This document shows, in pieces, positions 39,550 through 50,551 of a DNA stretch of 64,000 nt (positions are counted from its first letter, which is position 1; each line of letters starts with the position of its first letter). The stretch is from Candidatus Latescibacterota bacterium. Its GTDB lineage: Bacteria > Latescibacterota > CBDEFO01. Under the pieces are notes generated by a model. That model was not told the origin of the DNA and searched no databases. It saw only the letters and a list, made by a program, of their open reading frames with translations. The position numbers and the translations under genes are program-made. The DNA is taken from contig CBDEFO010000008.1 in assembly GCA_965237525.1 (NCBI GenBank), positions 992,001 to 1,056,000 of the forward strand, given 5' to 3'.

Positions 39550-40476
39550 TCAGGATGTCAAGAACCTGCTGAAGTGCTCCCGGATGTAGCGGATGTTCTC
39601 CCGTACCCACAGGTCGCTGTCCTGCTCCCATGGGCCGATGGCTTCAATGCACAGGCGGAGATTTTCAGGGTCTGGAGCTTGTTTTTGGAGAATCTCCATT
39701 ATCGTCTCAAGATCAATCTGACCGCGGCCCAGGGGAACCAGAAAAATCTTGGGCACAGCATCCACTGACATGGCTTGGATACGGAAATCTTTGATATGTA
39801 CCATTACCGTGTAAGGGGCGACACTGCGCGCTGCATCAACCGGATCTTCGATTACACCGACGGAGTTTCCCGTATCCAACATGACTTGTACCCAGGGCGA
39901 ATCCACCCCCTCAATCACCTGGGCGATCTCACTACACCGATAGTCCAGATGGTTTTCTATTGCAATGACTATGCCATAGTCTTCAGCGATCTCGGACAGG
40001 CGCTTGAAGTTCTCAATCATGATTTCGATTTGGCGTTCGATAGGCGGATCCTTGGTAAAATGATTGTTGCGAGACACACCCGTGTGCGTGGTGTCTATCA
40101 CCCGGGCCCCCAACGCCCTCGCGACCTCCAATTCTTCGCTAAACGCCGCCCTATCCTGTTCAGCTTCATCCCCCGTGGCCACCCAGTCCACAGCTCCGCT
40201 GGGGACAAATTCCATTTCTTTCTCCTCTAACAACCGTCGTATACGCCTCCGGTACTCTGGCTCCTGAAATTTTTTCGAATTTCCGTAGAGCACTGATAGG
40301 CCCAGGTCGGCAATGTGATTGATCAGCCATTCCATGCCCTCTTCTTCGGAAAGCGCATCGGGTATGGAGGAGAAATAGAGCAAGGGACGGCCGTTATAGA
40401 GATACTCAGGTTGGCCTCGATGTAAATGGGGGTAGAGCTCCCAGCGATAGCAGGCCATAGAAATGCCTAATTTCAT
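39550..40476 (-). CDS. Sugar phosphate isomerase/epimerase TIM barrel
   Basis: AIENHLD, LDTGN, VHIKD, LGRGQID. Confidence 0.82.
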   Translation of the reverse strand: MKLGISMACYRWELYPHLHRGQPEYLYNGRPLLYFSSIPDALSEEEGMEWLINHIADLGLSVLYGNSKKFQEPEYRRRIRRLLEEKEMEFVPSGAVDWVATGDEAEQDRAAFSEELEVARALGARVIDTTHTGVSRNNHFTKDPPIERQIEIMIENFKRLSEIAEDYGIVIAIENHLDYRCSEIAQVIEGVDSPWVQVMLDTGNSVGVIEDPVDAARSVAPYTVMVHIKDFRIQAMSVDAVPKIFLVPLGRGQIDLETIMEILQKQAPDPENLRLCIEAIGPWEQDSDLWVRENIRYIREHFSRFLTS

Positions 40477-40512
40477 CTTTTACCCTTCTTTTTTTGTTGG
40501 CGACAGGCAATA

Positions 40513-41490
40513 TTAAATGAGGAATCGCTGGAAGTGCGTTCGTATATAGTCAAAGCTTCCTCGCACCCACTGCTGGCTATCAGCGGTGCGGTGAGGAACC
40601 AGATCGAGGCAGAGTGGCAAGTGTTGCGAATCCGGAGCTCGAGTCTGGAGAATCTCCAGAACAGACGCAAGCTCTATGTGGCCCCGGCCGATGGGAGCAC
40701 CGAAGATCATCGGCACGCCGTCCTGCGTTATCGGCTGGATCCGCAGATCCTTGAAATGCACCAGAACCGTGTAAGGAGCAAGTTTTGTTGCGGCGTCCAC
40801 AGGATCCTCGATGAGGGCAATAGGATTACCCGTATCCAGTGTGGCTCGTACCCAGGGCGAGTTTACGGCCTTGATGAGGCTGACCAGTTCTTGTGAGGTA
40901 TAGTCCATATGATTCTCCAGAGCGATGACGATCTTGCGCTCTGCGGCCATGGCTCCCAGGCAGGTGAAGAGCCGAGCGGCACGATCTAATTGCTGCTCAA
41001 CCGGTGGATCGTGGGTGAAGTGGTTGTAGTCTACAGCTCGGCTGTGGGTGGTGCACACGACCGTGGCTCCCAAAGCTTCGGCCGTCTCCAGGGCCGGCAG
41101 GAACGTCTGCACCTCCGATTCATCGTCTTCCGCCGCCCAATTCAGGGACGCGATCGGCACCAGCGCCACTTGTCCCTCTGCCAGGGATTGTTTAATCTGT
41201 TTAAGAGCGCCGGGTTCCAAAGCCTGCCCCAACCCAAAAGACGCACATAAGACGGTAAGTCCCAGATCAGCGGTGTGTCCGATCAACCACATGAGACTTT
41301 CCTCTTCGGACAAGAAGGAAGGAACAGAGGAGAAATAGAAGATGGGGTGTCCCATATAGTTGAACTCAGGGCGCTGGCGTTGCCACCGTATAAGTGCTCC
41401 CTGGTGGCCCTCTACCAGCTCGCTGTAAGTAAGATCTTCCTGCAGGTTCAGATCCCAGCGATAGCAGCCCGAAGTCATTCCAAGTTTCAT
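40513..41490 (-). CDS. Sugar phosphate isomerase/epimerase TIM barrel (paralog of neighbour)
   Basis: ALENHMD, LDTGN, VHFKD; shared MKLG...CYRW N-terminus. Confidence 0.82.
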   Translation of the reverse strand: MKLGMTSGCYRWDLNLQEDLTYSELVEGHQGALIRWQRQRPEFNYMGHPIFYFSSVPSFLSEEESLMWLIGHTADLGLTVLCASFGLGQALEPGALKQIKQSLAEGQVALVPIASLNWAAEDDESEVQTFLPALETAEALGATVVCTTHSRAVDYNHFTHDPPVEQQLDRAARLFTCLGAMAAERKIVIALENHMDYTSQELVSLIKAVNSPWVRATLDTGNPIALIEDPVDAATKLAPYTVLVHFKDLRIQPITQDGVPMIFGAPIGRGHIELASVLEILQTRAPDSQHLPLCLDLVPHRTADSQQWVRGSFDYIRTHFQRFLI

Positions 41491-41658
41491 AGGAGTTATT
41501 ATACCTCCTGCGCCGTTACTTTACTACATTCGTGCAATGCGCGAGAATTATAGTGTTCTAATCGATGGGGTTTGGCTACAGTTTCGTCACTTTGCATTTA
41601 ATAGCCTGGTTACCCCTGTTCAATCCGCTGTACGGCAAGAATCGTATTAGAGTAGTTT

Positions 41659-43200
41659 CTAAACAGGATATTTCACAATCAGATCGACTCTGTCCAGCAC
41701 GACCTGACCTTCTAAGTTTGGAGGCCGGGAGTGTATCGCGACCCCGACTTCGTTTGCCCCATTTCGCAGCACTCCGAGCGGCACCGGGTACTCCAACCAG
41801 GTGTACGCAACTGAGCTAATACCCTTTCCAGACAATGTAGCCTCCACCGGAGTGTAGTTGTGTGGTTCTCGCCGGCAAGTATCGTTGGATAGAGCCTGTC
41901 CATTCAGGCTGACCGTCAGCGAGTCGTGGGTTGTGGTGAATCTCAGCCGGACTCTCAAAATTGCGTCCACCTGCGCCGGGTCATCCGCGATGAAGAGGCG
42001 CACTGTCTGTCCAGGGACATCCTGCCCATTGATTAACAGCACGGGCAACTGAGCTGTGTAGTCGTGGCTGGCAGCGTCCTCTTTATGGCCCCTGACCACA
42101 TAGTGTTTCGTCTCTTGCGAAAGTAAGTGGGGGTCGTGAATCTCGGATAGCACCTTACGGTCGGGGGCAGCGATCGGCCAGTTGAACCAGGGTAGGTATA
42201 TGCCGTCGGCGCCCTTGCTCCAGTACGCAGCAGCTCCCGCGTGGTAGTGATCAGGGGTCGCCATCTCTTCCCCTACAGGCTCTCCGTCTCCTTCGGCCGG
42301 GCGCCCTATCTGTCGCTGAAGCGCGGAGAACACCTTACAGCTCGACCCGCGCGTCAGTTCGACGAGCCACTCGAACGGGAGATCCGCGTCCATCTGCTCG
42401 TCCACGTAATAGTTGGGCACCACAAAGTCCAGCAGACCCTCCTTCACCCACGTCTCAACGTCCATGCCAGCAGCCAGGTTGCCTGCGAGCGTCGGCAGAA
42501 CGCGCGCTCCAAACACGATAGGCCTATCGCGCCTCTTGGCCGTCTCGTCGATCATCCGCCTGTGCTCGCGCATATAATCAGTTAGGATCGGTGTGTTCTG
42601 TTCGACTTCGTCTTCCTCGAAGAAGTAAGGCCAGAAGTCCCAATCGATCTCGAAGCCATCTACATCGTACCTATTGACCGTTTCCTCGGCCAGAGCGAAT
42701 CTCTCGGCGCGCACTTCCGGGTACGCAAAGTTGAAGGCGTACTTCCCTTGTCCCTTCAGACACCACTCGGGATGGTCGATCTTAAACTGCCAGTTAAAGT
42801 AGTTGTCTACATCGTCCGGGGCCACCGAGTGTGTCTGGCGCAGGCTGGCGTAGAACTCCAACCCCTTTTCGTGCGCCCTTTCAATAAGCAGTTGCAGGAG
42901 ATCCACGCCGCGTTCTTTGAGGCTCATAATATTCTCATGTGCGCGCCAGGCCGGCAGCGTACCCCTATGAATGCCCGGCATGTCCTTGAATGTCTTGAGA
43001 TGCGAGCCAAAAACCTCACCTACCTCAGTAAGGTGGAACATGGCAGGTCCGGCGCCGAATCCGTAGACGAAGGTATCGACCTTTGTTCCGGCTATCTCAT
43101 CTACCGGCAACCTGGCGTCTTCCAAGCTTATCGGCGGCTCGAAGCAATACAGGTGATAGTGCCGAGCGTCGTTGTAAAACAGCAAGCGTCGTTTGCTCAT
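41659..43200 (-). CDS. GHL10-like glycoside hydrolase-like TIM barrel protein with C-terminal beta domain
   Basis: RAHEKGLEFYASLR, HPEW, FNFAYPEVR, YDVDGFEID, GADGIYL. Confidence 0.65.
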   Translation of the reverse strand: MSKRRLLFYNDARHYHLYCFEPPISLEDARLPVDEIAGTKVDTFVYGFGAGPAMFHLTEVGEVFGSHLKTFKDMPGIHRGTLPAWRAHENIMSLKERGVDLLQLLIERAHEKGLEFYASLRQTHSVAPDDVDNYFNWQFKIDHPEWCLKGQGKYAFNFAYPEVRAERFALAEETVNRYDVDGFEIDWDFWPYFFEEDEVEQNTPILTDYMREHRRMIDETAKRRDRPIVFGARVLPTLAGNLAAGMDVETWVKEGLLDFVVPNYYVDEQMDADLPFEWLVELTRGSSCKVFSALQRQIGRPAEGDGEPVGEEMATPDHYHAGAAAYWSKGADGIYLPWFNWPIAAPDRKVLSEIHDPHLLSQETKHYVVRGHKEDAASHDYTAQLPVLLINGQDVPGQTVRLFIADDPAQVDAILRVRLRFTTTHDSLTVSLNGQALSNDTCRREPHNYTPVEATLSGKGISSVAYTWLEYPVPLGVLRNGANEVGVAIHSRPPNLEGQVVLDRVDLIVKYPV

Positions 43201-43332
43201 TCGTCATCCTCTTAAAGGTTTGGCCTCCTGCTCTGCGGCTTTCTGAGATTCAGCTGCCTTCTAGCCAGCGCCGCTGGCGACAGACTCCACTCTTTTCTCC
43301 GCAACGCGGACAGAATCTTATCAAAACGATTT

Positions 43333-44874
43333 CTACACAGGATGTTTCACAATCAGAGCGACTCTGTCCAGCACGACCTGGCCTTCTAACTTTGGGGGCC
43401 GGGAGTGCATCGCGACCCCGACTTGGTTTGCACCATTCTGCAGCACGCCGCGAGGCACCGGGTACTCCAACCAGATGTACGCAACCGACGTGAGGCCCTT
43501 ACCAATCAATGGACCCTCCAACGGAGTGTAGTTGTGCGGTTCCCGACTGCAGGTGTCGTTGGATAGAGCCTGTCCATTCACGCTGACCGTCAGCGAGTCG
43601 TGGATTGTGGTGTATCTCAGCCGAACTTTGAGGGTGGTGTTCGCCTGCTCCGGGTCATCCGCGATGAAGAGCCGCACTGTCTGTCCGGGAGCGTCCTGCC
43701 CATTGATTAAGAGTACGGGCAACTGGGCTGTGTAGCCGCGGCTGGCAGCGTCCTCCTTGTGGCCCCTTATCACGTAGTGTTTGGTCTTTTCCGAAAGTAA
43801 CTCATCGTCGTGAATCTCGGAGAGCACCTGACGGTCGGGAGCATCTATCGGCCAGTTGAACCAGGCAAGGTATATGCCGTCGGCGCCCTTGCTCCAGTAC
43901 GCAGCGGCTGCTGCGTGGTAGTGGTCAGGGCTCGCCATCTGTTCCCCTACAGGCTCTCCATCTGGTTCGCGCGGGCGCCCTACGTTCCGCTGAAGCGCCG
44001 GGAACACCTTGCACTCCGTCCCGCGCGCCAGCTCTACGAGCCATTCGAACGGGAAATCCGCGTCCATCTGCTCGTCCACGTAGTAGTTGGGCACCACAAA
44101 GTCCAGCAGGCCCTCCTTCACCCACGACGCAACGTCTATCCCGATAGCTAGATTGCCTTCCAAGGTCGGGAGGACGCGCGAACCGAATACGATGGACCTA
44201 CCGCGCCCCTTGGCCGCCTCGTCGATCATCCGTCTGTGCTCGCGCATGTACTCTGTGAGGATCGGTGTGTTCTGTTCGACTTCGTCTTCCTCGAAGAAGT
44301 ACGGCAAGGAGAGCCAGTCCATTTCAAAGCCGTCAACATCGTACCTATTGACCGTTTCCTCGGCCAGGGCGAATCGCTCGGCCCGGACTTCCGGGTACGC
44401 AAAGTTGAAGGCGTACTTCCCCCTCCCTTTCAGACACAACTCGGGATGGTCGATCTTGAACTGGGAACCGAAGTAGTTGTCCACTTCCTCGGGAGGAGCA
44501 CCAGAGGTCTGCCGCAGGCTGGCGTAGAACTCTAACCCCTTCTCGTGCGCCCTTTCAATGAGCAACTGGAGGAGGTTCACGCCGCGCTCTTTGAGGCTCA
44601 TAACGTTCTCGTACGCGCGCCAGGCCGGGAGCGTGCCACAATGAAGTCCCGGCATGTCCTTGAACGCCTTGAGATGCGAGCCAAAGACCTCACCTACGTC
44701 AGTAAGGTGGAACATGGCAGGCCCCTTTCCCAACCCATACACGAGGGTGTCTACCTTCGTCCCGGCTATCTCATCGACCGGCAACCTGGCGTCTTCGAGG
44801 CTGATGGGCGGCTCGAAGCAATACAGATGGGTGTGGCAAGCATCGTTGCAAAACAGCAAACGTCCTTTATTCAT
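43333..44874 (-). CDS. Tandem paralog of 41659-43200
   Basis: Same length (513 aa), collinear, long identical stretches. Confidence 0.65.
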   Translation of the reverse strand: MNKGRLLFCNDACHTHLYCFEPPISLEDARLPVDEIAGTKVDTLVYGLGKGPAMFHLTDVGEVFGSHLKAFKDMPGLHCGTLPAWRAYENVMSLKERGVNLLQLLIERAHEKGLEFYASLRQTSGAPPEEVDNYFGSQFKIDHPELCLKGRGKYAFNFAYPEVRAERFALAEETVNRYDVDGFEMDWLSLPYFFEEDEVEQNTPILTEYMREHRRMIDEAAKGRGRSIVFGSRVLPTLEGNLAIGIDVASWVKEGLLDFVVPNYYVDEQMDADFPFEWLVELARGTECKVFPALQRNVGRPREPDGEPVGEQMASPDHYHAAAAAYWSKGADGIYLAWFNWPIDAPDRQVLSEIHDDELLSEKTKHYVIRGHKEDAASRGYTAQLPVLLINGQDAPGQTVRLFIADDPEQANTTLKVRLRYTTIHDSLTVSVNGQALSNDTCSREPHNYTPLEGPLIGKGLTSVAYIWLEYPVPRGVLQNGANQVGVAMHSRPPKLEGQVVLDRVALIVKHPV

Positions 44875-45490
44875 TCGTCATTATCCTTGAGGCTGTGCCT
44901 CCTTTTTTCTGGTGTTCCATGGTTCGACTACCTTCTACCCAATCAGCTCAGAACGTACAGCTCCAGTATGTGGTTTTTGTTTTAGTACTTGCTAAAGTAA
45001 AGTCAGGGCCTACTTTTGAAATTCTATGTGTAGGCTATATCCCAAATGGAGAATACAAAGGCAAAGTGAAGCTGAATCAGCAAATAAGATACGAAAGGAA
45101 ACAGTGGATGTCAATAGGAATTCTTACTGATCGCGAAAAGCTAACAAGGAACCCATATCCTCCGAGTGCTCCGATCCTTGGCTGACCTCGCACATAAGGA
45201 GGAAACACTGTCCTACCTGCTGGAATAATCTTCTTGACTATCATCCCCAAGTGAATCTATCGGGGAGAGGTTCTATCTGTTTCCTTCTGTCAAAGCGGCG
45301 ATTGTGAAAGTTTCCAAGCGATACCAGTACTGTCCGCTGAAATTTTGATATTTACCGGAACTCAGATAATCTTATCCAGTAAAAAGCTTGACGGAGCGGA
45401 TACACGTTAGTATCTTTGGGGTCAACGTGTAGACGATTCTTCTCGGAGGATTCGCTTGCTCGTCGCAATCAATATAAAAGGGAGAACTTC

Positions 45491-46447
45491 ATGAGTGCAG
45501 TACGTAAGAGTTAGCTCGTCGGACCCGTAATTGCAATTCGCACTTATCGGACCGATGACGGCAAGCTGGACCTGGCGAAACAGCGGAGGCAACTGCGCTG
45601 GATGATCGATCAGGGTATCAACGAGGGGAACGGGATCATCATGGGCGCCGGCGGGGCCGCGAGGGCTAGTTTATGAGCTATCGCGAGTGGAAGGCCACCG
45701 TGGACTTGACGGCAGAGGAGTGCAAGGGGCGTGTTCCGAGCGTCGCCGGCATCTTCGAACTGTCGCCGTCACAGGCTGCGAAGAAGGCCTCCTACTGTGA
45801 GTAGATCGCATCGACTTTGTGCAAGTGTCGCCCCCACACTACATGGTTCCGATCGTCAACGAGGTGTTCTACCACTGCAAGACTATCAACGACGCTGCCG
45901 ACCTGGGAATCATGTGCTACAACACACCCTGGTAGATGCCGAAGCGCAGCTACGAATTCACGCCGCCCCTCTTTGAGCGCCTCACAGGTCTGGAAAATGT
46001 CGGAGGGGTGAAGTGGTCCTCGCACGACATGAGGAACTGCGTCACCTGCCTGAGGCTCTTCGCCGAAGAGTTTAAGTTTATCAACAACCAGCCGCACTTT
46101 GTGCTCTCACTTCCCATCAAATTAGGAATGACCGGCTTCATCAACGCTCACGGAAACTGCGCTCCTCGACTGGTCCACCACATCTGGGATCTGTGGAGAA
46201 ACAGGAAATACGATGAGCTTATACTCAAGATGTACGTTGACCCGCAGCTTCAGGGCCACATGCCTGAGGAGGTTCAGTGGAGAGGGATGGGAGAGGGCCC
46301 GCTCGCCCGATTGGTGATGGGCGATGGGCATGTAAGACGGGTCCATCCTTCCCAGCGCAACAGCCGCTCTCCGAGGAGTTCAAGAGGAATTTAGTAGAAA
46401 GCTTCAACCGAAGCGGCATCGCTGAGTGGGTGGACTGGAAGGAGTAA
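45491..46447 (+). pseudogene. DapA/NanA-family (class I aldolase) pseudogene
   Basis: DGKLDL...LRWMIDQGI, GIMCYNTPW, VGGVKWSS (Schiff-base Lys); several TAG stops (first at 45512) and frameshifts. Confidence 0.78.
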
Positions 46448-46583
46448 CCGTACAGTAGACAGAATGTAGGGTCAGCGCTCCCTGCGCTTAGGGTTAAGGG
46501 GCCTCGCCCCTATAAATATGAAAACACGAGCGTAACCTCACCCCTACGAAAATATGTCATGTTGTGAAGAGGAGACCCGAATA

Positions 46584-47645
46584 ATGTTGATCGTTGACAG
46601 TCATTTAGACCTGGCTCACAATGCTTTGGAATGGGACCGGGACCTGACGAAGCCTGTGGCCGAAATCCGAAAGGACGAAGCCGGTATGAGCGGGAAGGCG
46701 CGCGGGCAGGGGACCGTTGCATACCCGGAATTGCGGGTAGGTAAAGTCGGACTCTTTTTCTGCACCGTGCACTGCCGACTGGCTTCCTGCGAAGGAAAAT
46801 TTGCTGGCGTTAGAACACAGGACATTGCCTACGCCAAAGCACAGGCAGAGGCCGCATACTACAGATTGATGGAGCAGAAGGGCATCCTCAGGAAGGTGGT
46901 GGATCGAGAGAGCCTCGACGCCCATCTAGAAGATTGGGAGCGCAATCCTGACGGGACGCCTTTCGGATACGTGCTCAGTATGGAAGGAGCCGATCCTATC
47001 GTAAGCCCCGACCAAGTTCCCGAATGGTGGGACATAGGCCTTCGCATCGTAAGTCTAGTGCACTACGGTGTCAGCACCTACGCTCACGGAACCCAGACAG
47101 AAGGAGGACTACTGCCTGCGGCCCGTGCGCTCCTGGAGGCTATGGAGGAAGTGGGAATGATCCTGGATCTGACGCACACATCGGAAGGCAGCTTCTGGGA
47201 GGAGCTGGACACTTTCAACGGCCCGGTCATAGCTACCCACAACTGCTGTCGGGCGCTTGTACCCCACGACAGGCAGTTTACCGACGAACAGATCAGAGCT
47301 ATCATCCAGTGTGACGGTGTTATCGGTGTGGCTTTGGACGACTGGATGCTGGATCCCCTCTTTGACCCTGAAAATGCCGACAATTCCCGCGTGACGTTAT
47401 CTACTGTCGTGGATCACATTGACCACATCTGTCAATTGGCGGGCAACGCTAATCACGCCGCCATCGGCAGTGACCTGGACGGCGGATACGGCAAGGAGCA
47501 ATCCCCCTACGACCTCGACACCATTGCGGACTTTCAAAATATACCGAAGATCCTTGAGGATCGAGGCCACAGCGAGGGTCACATTTCCAATATCTGTCAC
47601 GGGAACTGGATCCGACTGCTTCGGCGGGTCTGGGACTCTGATTGA
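46584..47645 (+). CDS. Membrane dipeptidase (M19) family
   Basis: IVDSHLD, LSMEGAD, LDLTH, ATH, IGSDLDG. Confidence 0.9.
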   Translation: MLIVDSHLDLAHNALEWDRDLTKPVAEIRKDEAGMSGKARGQGTVAYPELRVGKVGLFFCTVHCRLASCEGKFAGVRTQDIAYAKAQAEAAYYRLMEQKGILRKVVDRESLDAHLEDWERNPDGTPFGYVLSMEGADPIVSPDQVPEWWDIGLRIVSLVHYGVSTYAHGTQTEGGLLPAARALLEAMEEVGMILDLTHTSEGSFWEELDTFNGPVIATHNCCRALVPHDRQFTDEQIRAIIQCDGVIGVALDDWMLDPLFDPENADNSRVTLSTVVDHIDHICQLAGNANHAAIGSDLDGGYGKEQSPYDLDTIADFQNIPKILEDRGHSEGHISNICHGNWIRLLRRVWDSD

Positions 47646-47680
47646 TATTTTATGATAATTTTACAACTGGTTATCCTCAA

Positions 47681-47731
47681 TGTAGGGGCATGGTTACCCT
47701 GCCCCTGGGGCGAGGAGACCTCGCCCCTACA
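47681..47731. repeat. GTAGGGGC-type REP doublet (related copy at 46466-46513)
   Basis: TGTAGGGGCATGG...GGGCGAGGAGACCTCGCCCCTACA. Confidence 0.7.
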
Positions 47732-47759
47732 TATTGATTAACATAAGGAGACTGTAATT

Positions 47760-49043
47760 ATGGCGACAGACCTTCACTATCACATACAGAATACACCTCT
47801 GTGCGATACGCACGAGCATTTAAGTTTGGAGGACGAATGGGTTCAAAATGGACCAGACATTCTCCAAGATCTCTTCGGAAACTACGTGCCCGCCGATTTA
47901 GTTGTTGCCGGCGCCAGTCAGGAGGTGGTGGATAAGCTTCAGGATGGTTCAGACCCCGATATAAAGGGACGCTTTATGGGCATCCAGAAGGCTTGGGAAG
48001 CGACCCAACATACTGGGTACGGCGAGGCGGTGAGACTGATCGCAGAGCACATTTATGGTCTATCGGAGATTACTCCCGCAGGGCTTGAGCAAGCTCAGAG
48101 CAAACTTGTACAACTTCGCCGTCCCGGGGAGCGACTTCGCCTTCTGCGAGACGTCGGTAAATTAGACCACGTCCAGATCGACAATTTCAACTGGCCCTGT
48201 CCCCCGGACGCATCGGGCCCGGATTTCTTCCTCTACGATATATCGTGGCGGGGATTCTGCAACGGAGACCTTAAGCTTGAGGAACTGGCTGAAGAGACCG
48301 GGGTCACGGTGGAAAATATAAGAGATCTGGATGAGGCTATGGCGGCGATATTCGAAAAGTACAGCTCTTACGCCATAGCGGTCAAGGCTCAGCATGCGTA
48401 CAACCGAACGCTGTTGTGGAGCGAGAGGAGCGACGAGGAAGCTGCCTCTGTGCTCGAAAAGGTTTTGAAAGGTTCTGAGCTATTGGAGGAGGATCGTCTA
48501 TGTTTAGGTGACTGGTGTTGGGCGCGTGGCGTTGAACTTGCAATCCAGCACAACCTGCCCTTCAAGTTGCACACCGGATACTATGCCGGATATGGACGCA
48601 TGCCGATAGATCGTATCAAGGGAGGCAACCTGTGCGGCATTCTGGCCCAATATCCCGAAGCTCGGTTTGTGCTTATGCATATTGCCTATCCCTACAACGA
48701 CGAATTGGTCGCTCTGGCCAAGCACTATCCCAACGTTTACGCAGATATCTGCTGGACATGGGCTATCAACCCTTACGCCTCGTACGACTTCGTGCGGAAG
48801 TTCATCCACGCCGTGCCTTCCAACAAGCTCTTCGCCTTCGGAGGGGACACGGTATGGCCCACAAGCTCTGTGGCTTACGCTGTGCAGGCGCGAAAGTGGC
48901 TGACCAGGGCGCTAGAGGCAGAAGTGAGCGAAGGGGATCTGACAGAAAAGCAGGCTATGTATCTGGCGACGCGCTTTATGCGCTCAAACCAGATGGATTG
49001 CTTCGATCTGGAGGGCACAAAAGCTGCGCTCCGTGCAGCTTGA
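47760..49043 (+). CDS. Amidohydrolase superfamily protein
   Basis: CDTHEH, KLHTG, VLMHIAYPY, FAFGGD. Confidence 0.85.
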   Translation: MATDLHYHIQNTPLCDTHEHLSLEDEWVQNGPDILQDLFGNYVPADLVVAGASQEVVDKLQDGSDPDIKGRFMGIQKAWEATQHTGYGEAVRLIAEHIYGLSEITPAGLEQAQSKLVQLRRPGERLRLLRDVGKLDHVQIDNFNWPCPPDASGPDFFLYDISWRGFCNGDLKLEELAEETGVTVENIRDLDEAMAAIFEKYSSYAIAVKAQHAYNRTLLWSERSDEEAASVLEKVLKGSELLEEDRLCLGDWCWARGVELAIQHNLPFKLHTGYYAGYGRMPIDRIKGGNLCGILAQYPEARFVLMHIAYPYNDELVALAKHYPNVYADICWTWAINPYASYDFVRKFIHAVPSNKLFAFGGDTVWPTSSVAYAVQARKWLTRALEAEVSEGDLTEKQAMYLATRFMRSNQMDCFDLEGTKAALRAA

Positions 49044-49221
49044 TACTATCCCGGGAAATAGTAGTCAGGAGACAGGCGGCACCACCTCCCAGCTTTGGGA
49101 GTACCTTGAGGGCAAAGCTCCTCGGAATGAACTAAGGCAGAGGGAAGCACCGTCATCGCGAGCGACCCCCGATTGAATCTATCGGGGGGAAGCAATCTCC
49201 CTGTTTGCTGTTTACTTGTTT

Positions 49222-50130
49222 TCAGCTTCTGGCCTCCACCCCCGCCTGCCTTTCGTAGGCCTTAATCAGGGCCTGTGTGCCGTCATCTCCAAATCCCGCG
49301 CCTTCGACGATATTAAACGCCTGGTGAGCCAGACTGACACCCGGAAGAGACAATCCCAGTTCGTTTGCCGCCTCTATTACGAGTTTGAGGTCTTTCTGCT
49401 GAAGCTTGACCATAAATCCCGGATCGAAGTCCCCTTTTAGCACCCTTGGCGCTAGGTTGGTCATCTGCCACGACCCGGCGGCGCCTCCTGAGATTGCAGC
49501 CAACATATTGTCCAGATTGAGATCCGCCTTGGCTCCGAGCATAAGGGCTTCCGCGGTGGCTAAATTTGTCACGGAGACCGCTATCTGGTTGCAGAGTTTG
49601 GTCATCTGACCTGCACCGTGATCCCCTATCAGCGTAATCTTACTGCCCATAACTTCAAGCACGGGAAGGCACTCGTTGAAGACATCCTCTGCCCCACCTA
49701 ACATGATGGAGAGTGTCCCTTCGATAGCCCCTTTGTCCCCTCCGCTTACTGGCGCGTCGAGCATATTTACGCCCTTTTCAAGGAGGGCCTCTGCCATCTC
49801 CTGAGTCGCCTTCGGTGATATGGTGCTCATATCTATGACTACAGATCCGCTTTCGGCTCCTTCTATTGCTCCATTTTCTCCTAAGATCACCTCCTGAACA
49901 TCGGGCGTGTCGGTTACCATCGTGATGGTTATGTCCGATCCTTCGGCCGCCTCCTTGGGGCTTGAGACCCGTGTGGCTCCCAGCTTGACTACCTCCTTTA
50001 CTATGGCTCTATCGCTCCTGTTGAAGACTTTAAGCTCGTATCCCGCATTAACGAGGTTTCTGGACATCGGTCCGCCCATAATTCCAAGTCCTATGAATCC
50101 TATCTTAGTCTTTCCGGGTTCCGCTGGCAT
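49222..50130 (-). CDS. 2-hydroxy-3-oxopropionate reductase / 3-hydroxyisobutyrate dehydrogenase family
   Basis: IGFIGLGIMGGPM, LDAPVSGG, KLCNQ, KDL. Confidence 0.9.
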   Translation of the reverse strand: MPAEPGKTKIGFIGLGIMGGPMSRNLVNAGYELKVFNRSDRAIVKEVVKLGATRVSSPKEAAEGSDITITMVTDTPDVQEVILGENGAIEGAESGSVVIDMSTISPKATQEMAEALLEKGVNMLDAPVSGGDKGAIEGTLSIMLGGAEDVFNECLPVLEVMGSKITLIGDHGAGQMTKLCNQIAVSVTNLATAEALMLGAKADLNLDNMLAAISGGAAGSWQMTNLAPRVLKGDFDPGFMVKLQQKDLKLVIEAANELGLSLPGVSLAHQAFNIVEGAGFGDDGTQALIKAYERQAGVEARS

Positions 50131-50551
50131 TAGGTCCCTCCTTCCAAAATGAGCAGACAGTAGAAAGGGTACTGCCTATCTTCCCTAAGCGCTGTCTACT
50201 TGTTCTATCCGTCCTTCAATTGGACACGGTACAATCTCCTATCAGTTCGATTTGTCCGACTTAGAAGATACCTTTGAAATATATTCAGTATGTAGTCAAA
50301 GTCAATTGAAAAGTATCCGTTGTGATTTGGAAAAGTTATACTTGCTTCACCTTTTCGGTCATCAGGCAGCGTTGAAGCTTCCAAATAAGCAAGTCAAATC
50401 AAGGGCAGGCGAGTCATCCCACCCTTGGGTCGAGCAGACCTCATCCCTACGAATTCACACGCTAGAGTACATCGTAACCTGTATGCAAACTAGTACAACT
50501 TGGACCTGATCCGATTCAGAGTCAAGAGCATCGGTAAATAGTTTGAAGAGA

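Noticed and set aside
45491..46447. Programmed TAG read-through in the DapA-like gene
   Set aside because: Multiple stops plus several frameshifts indicate ordinary decay
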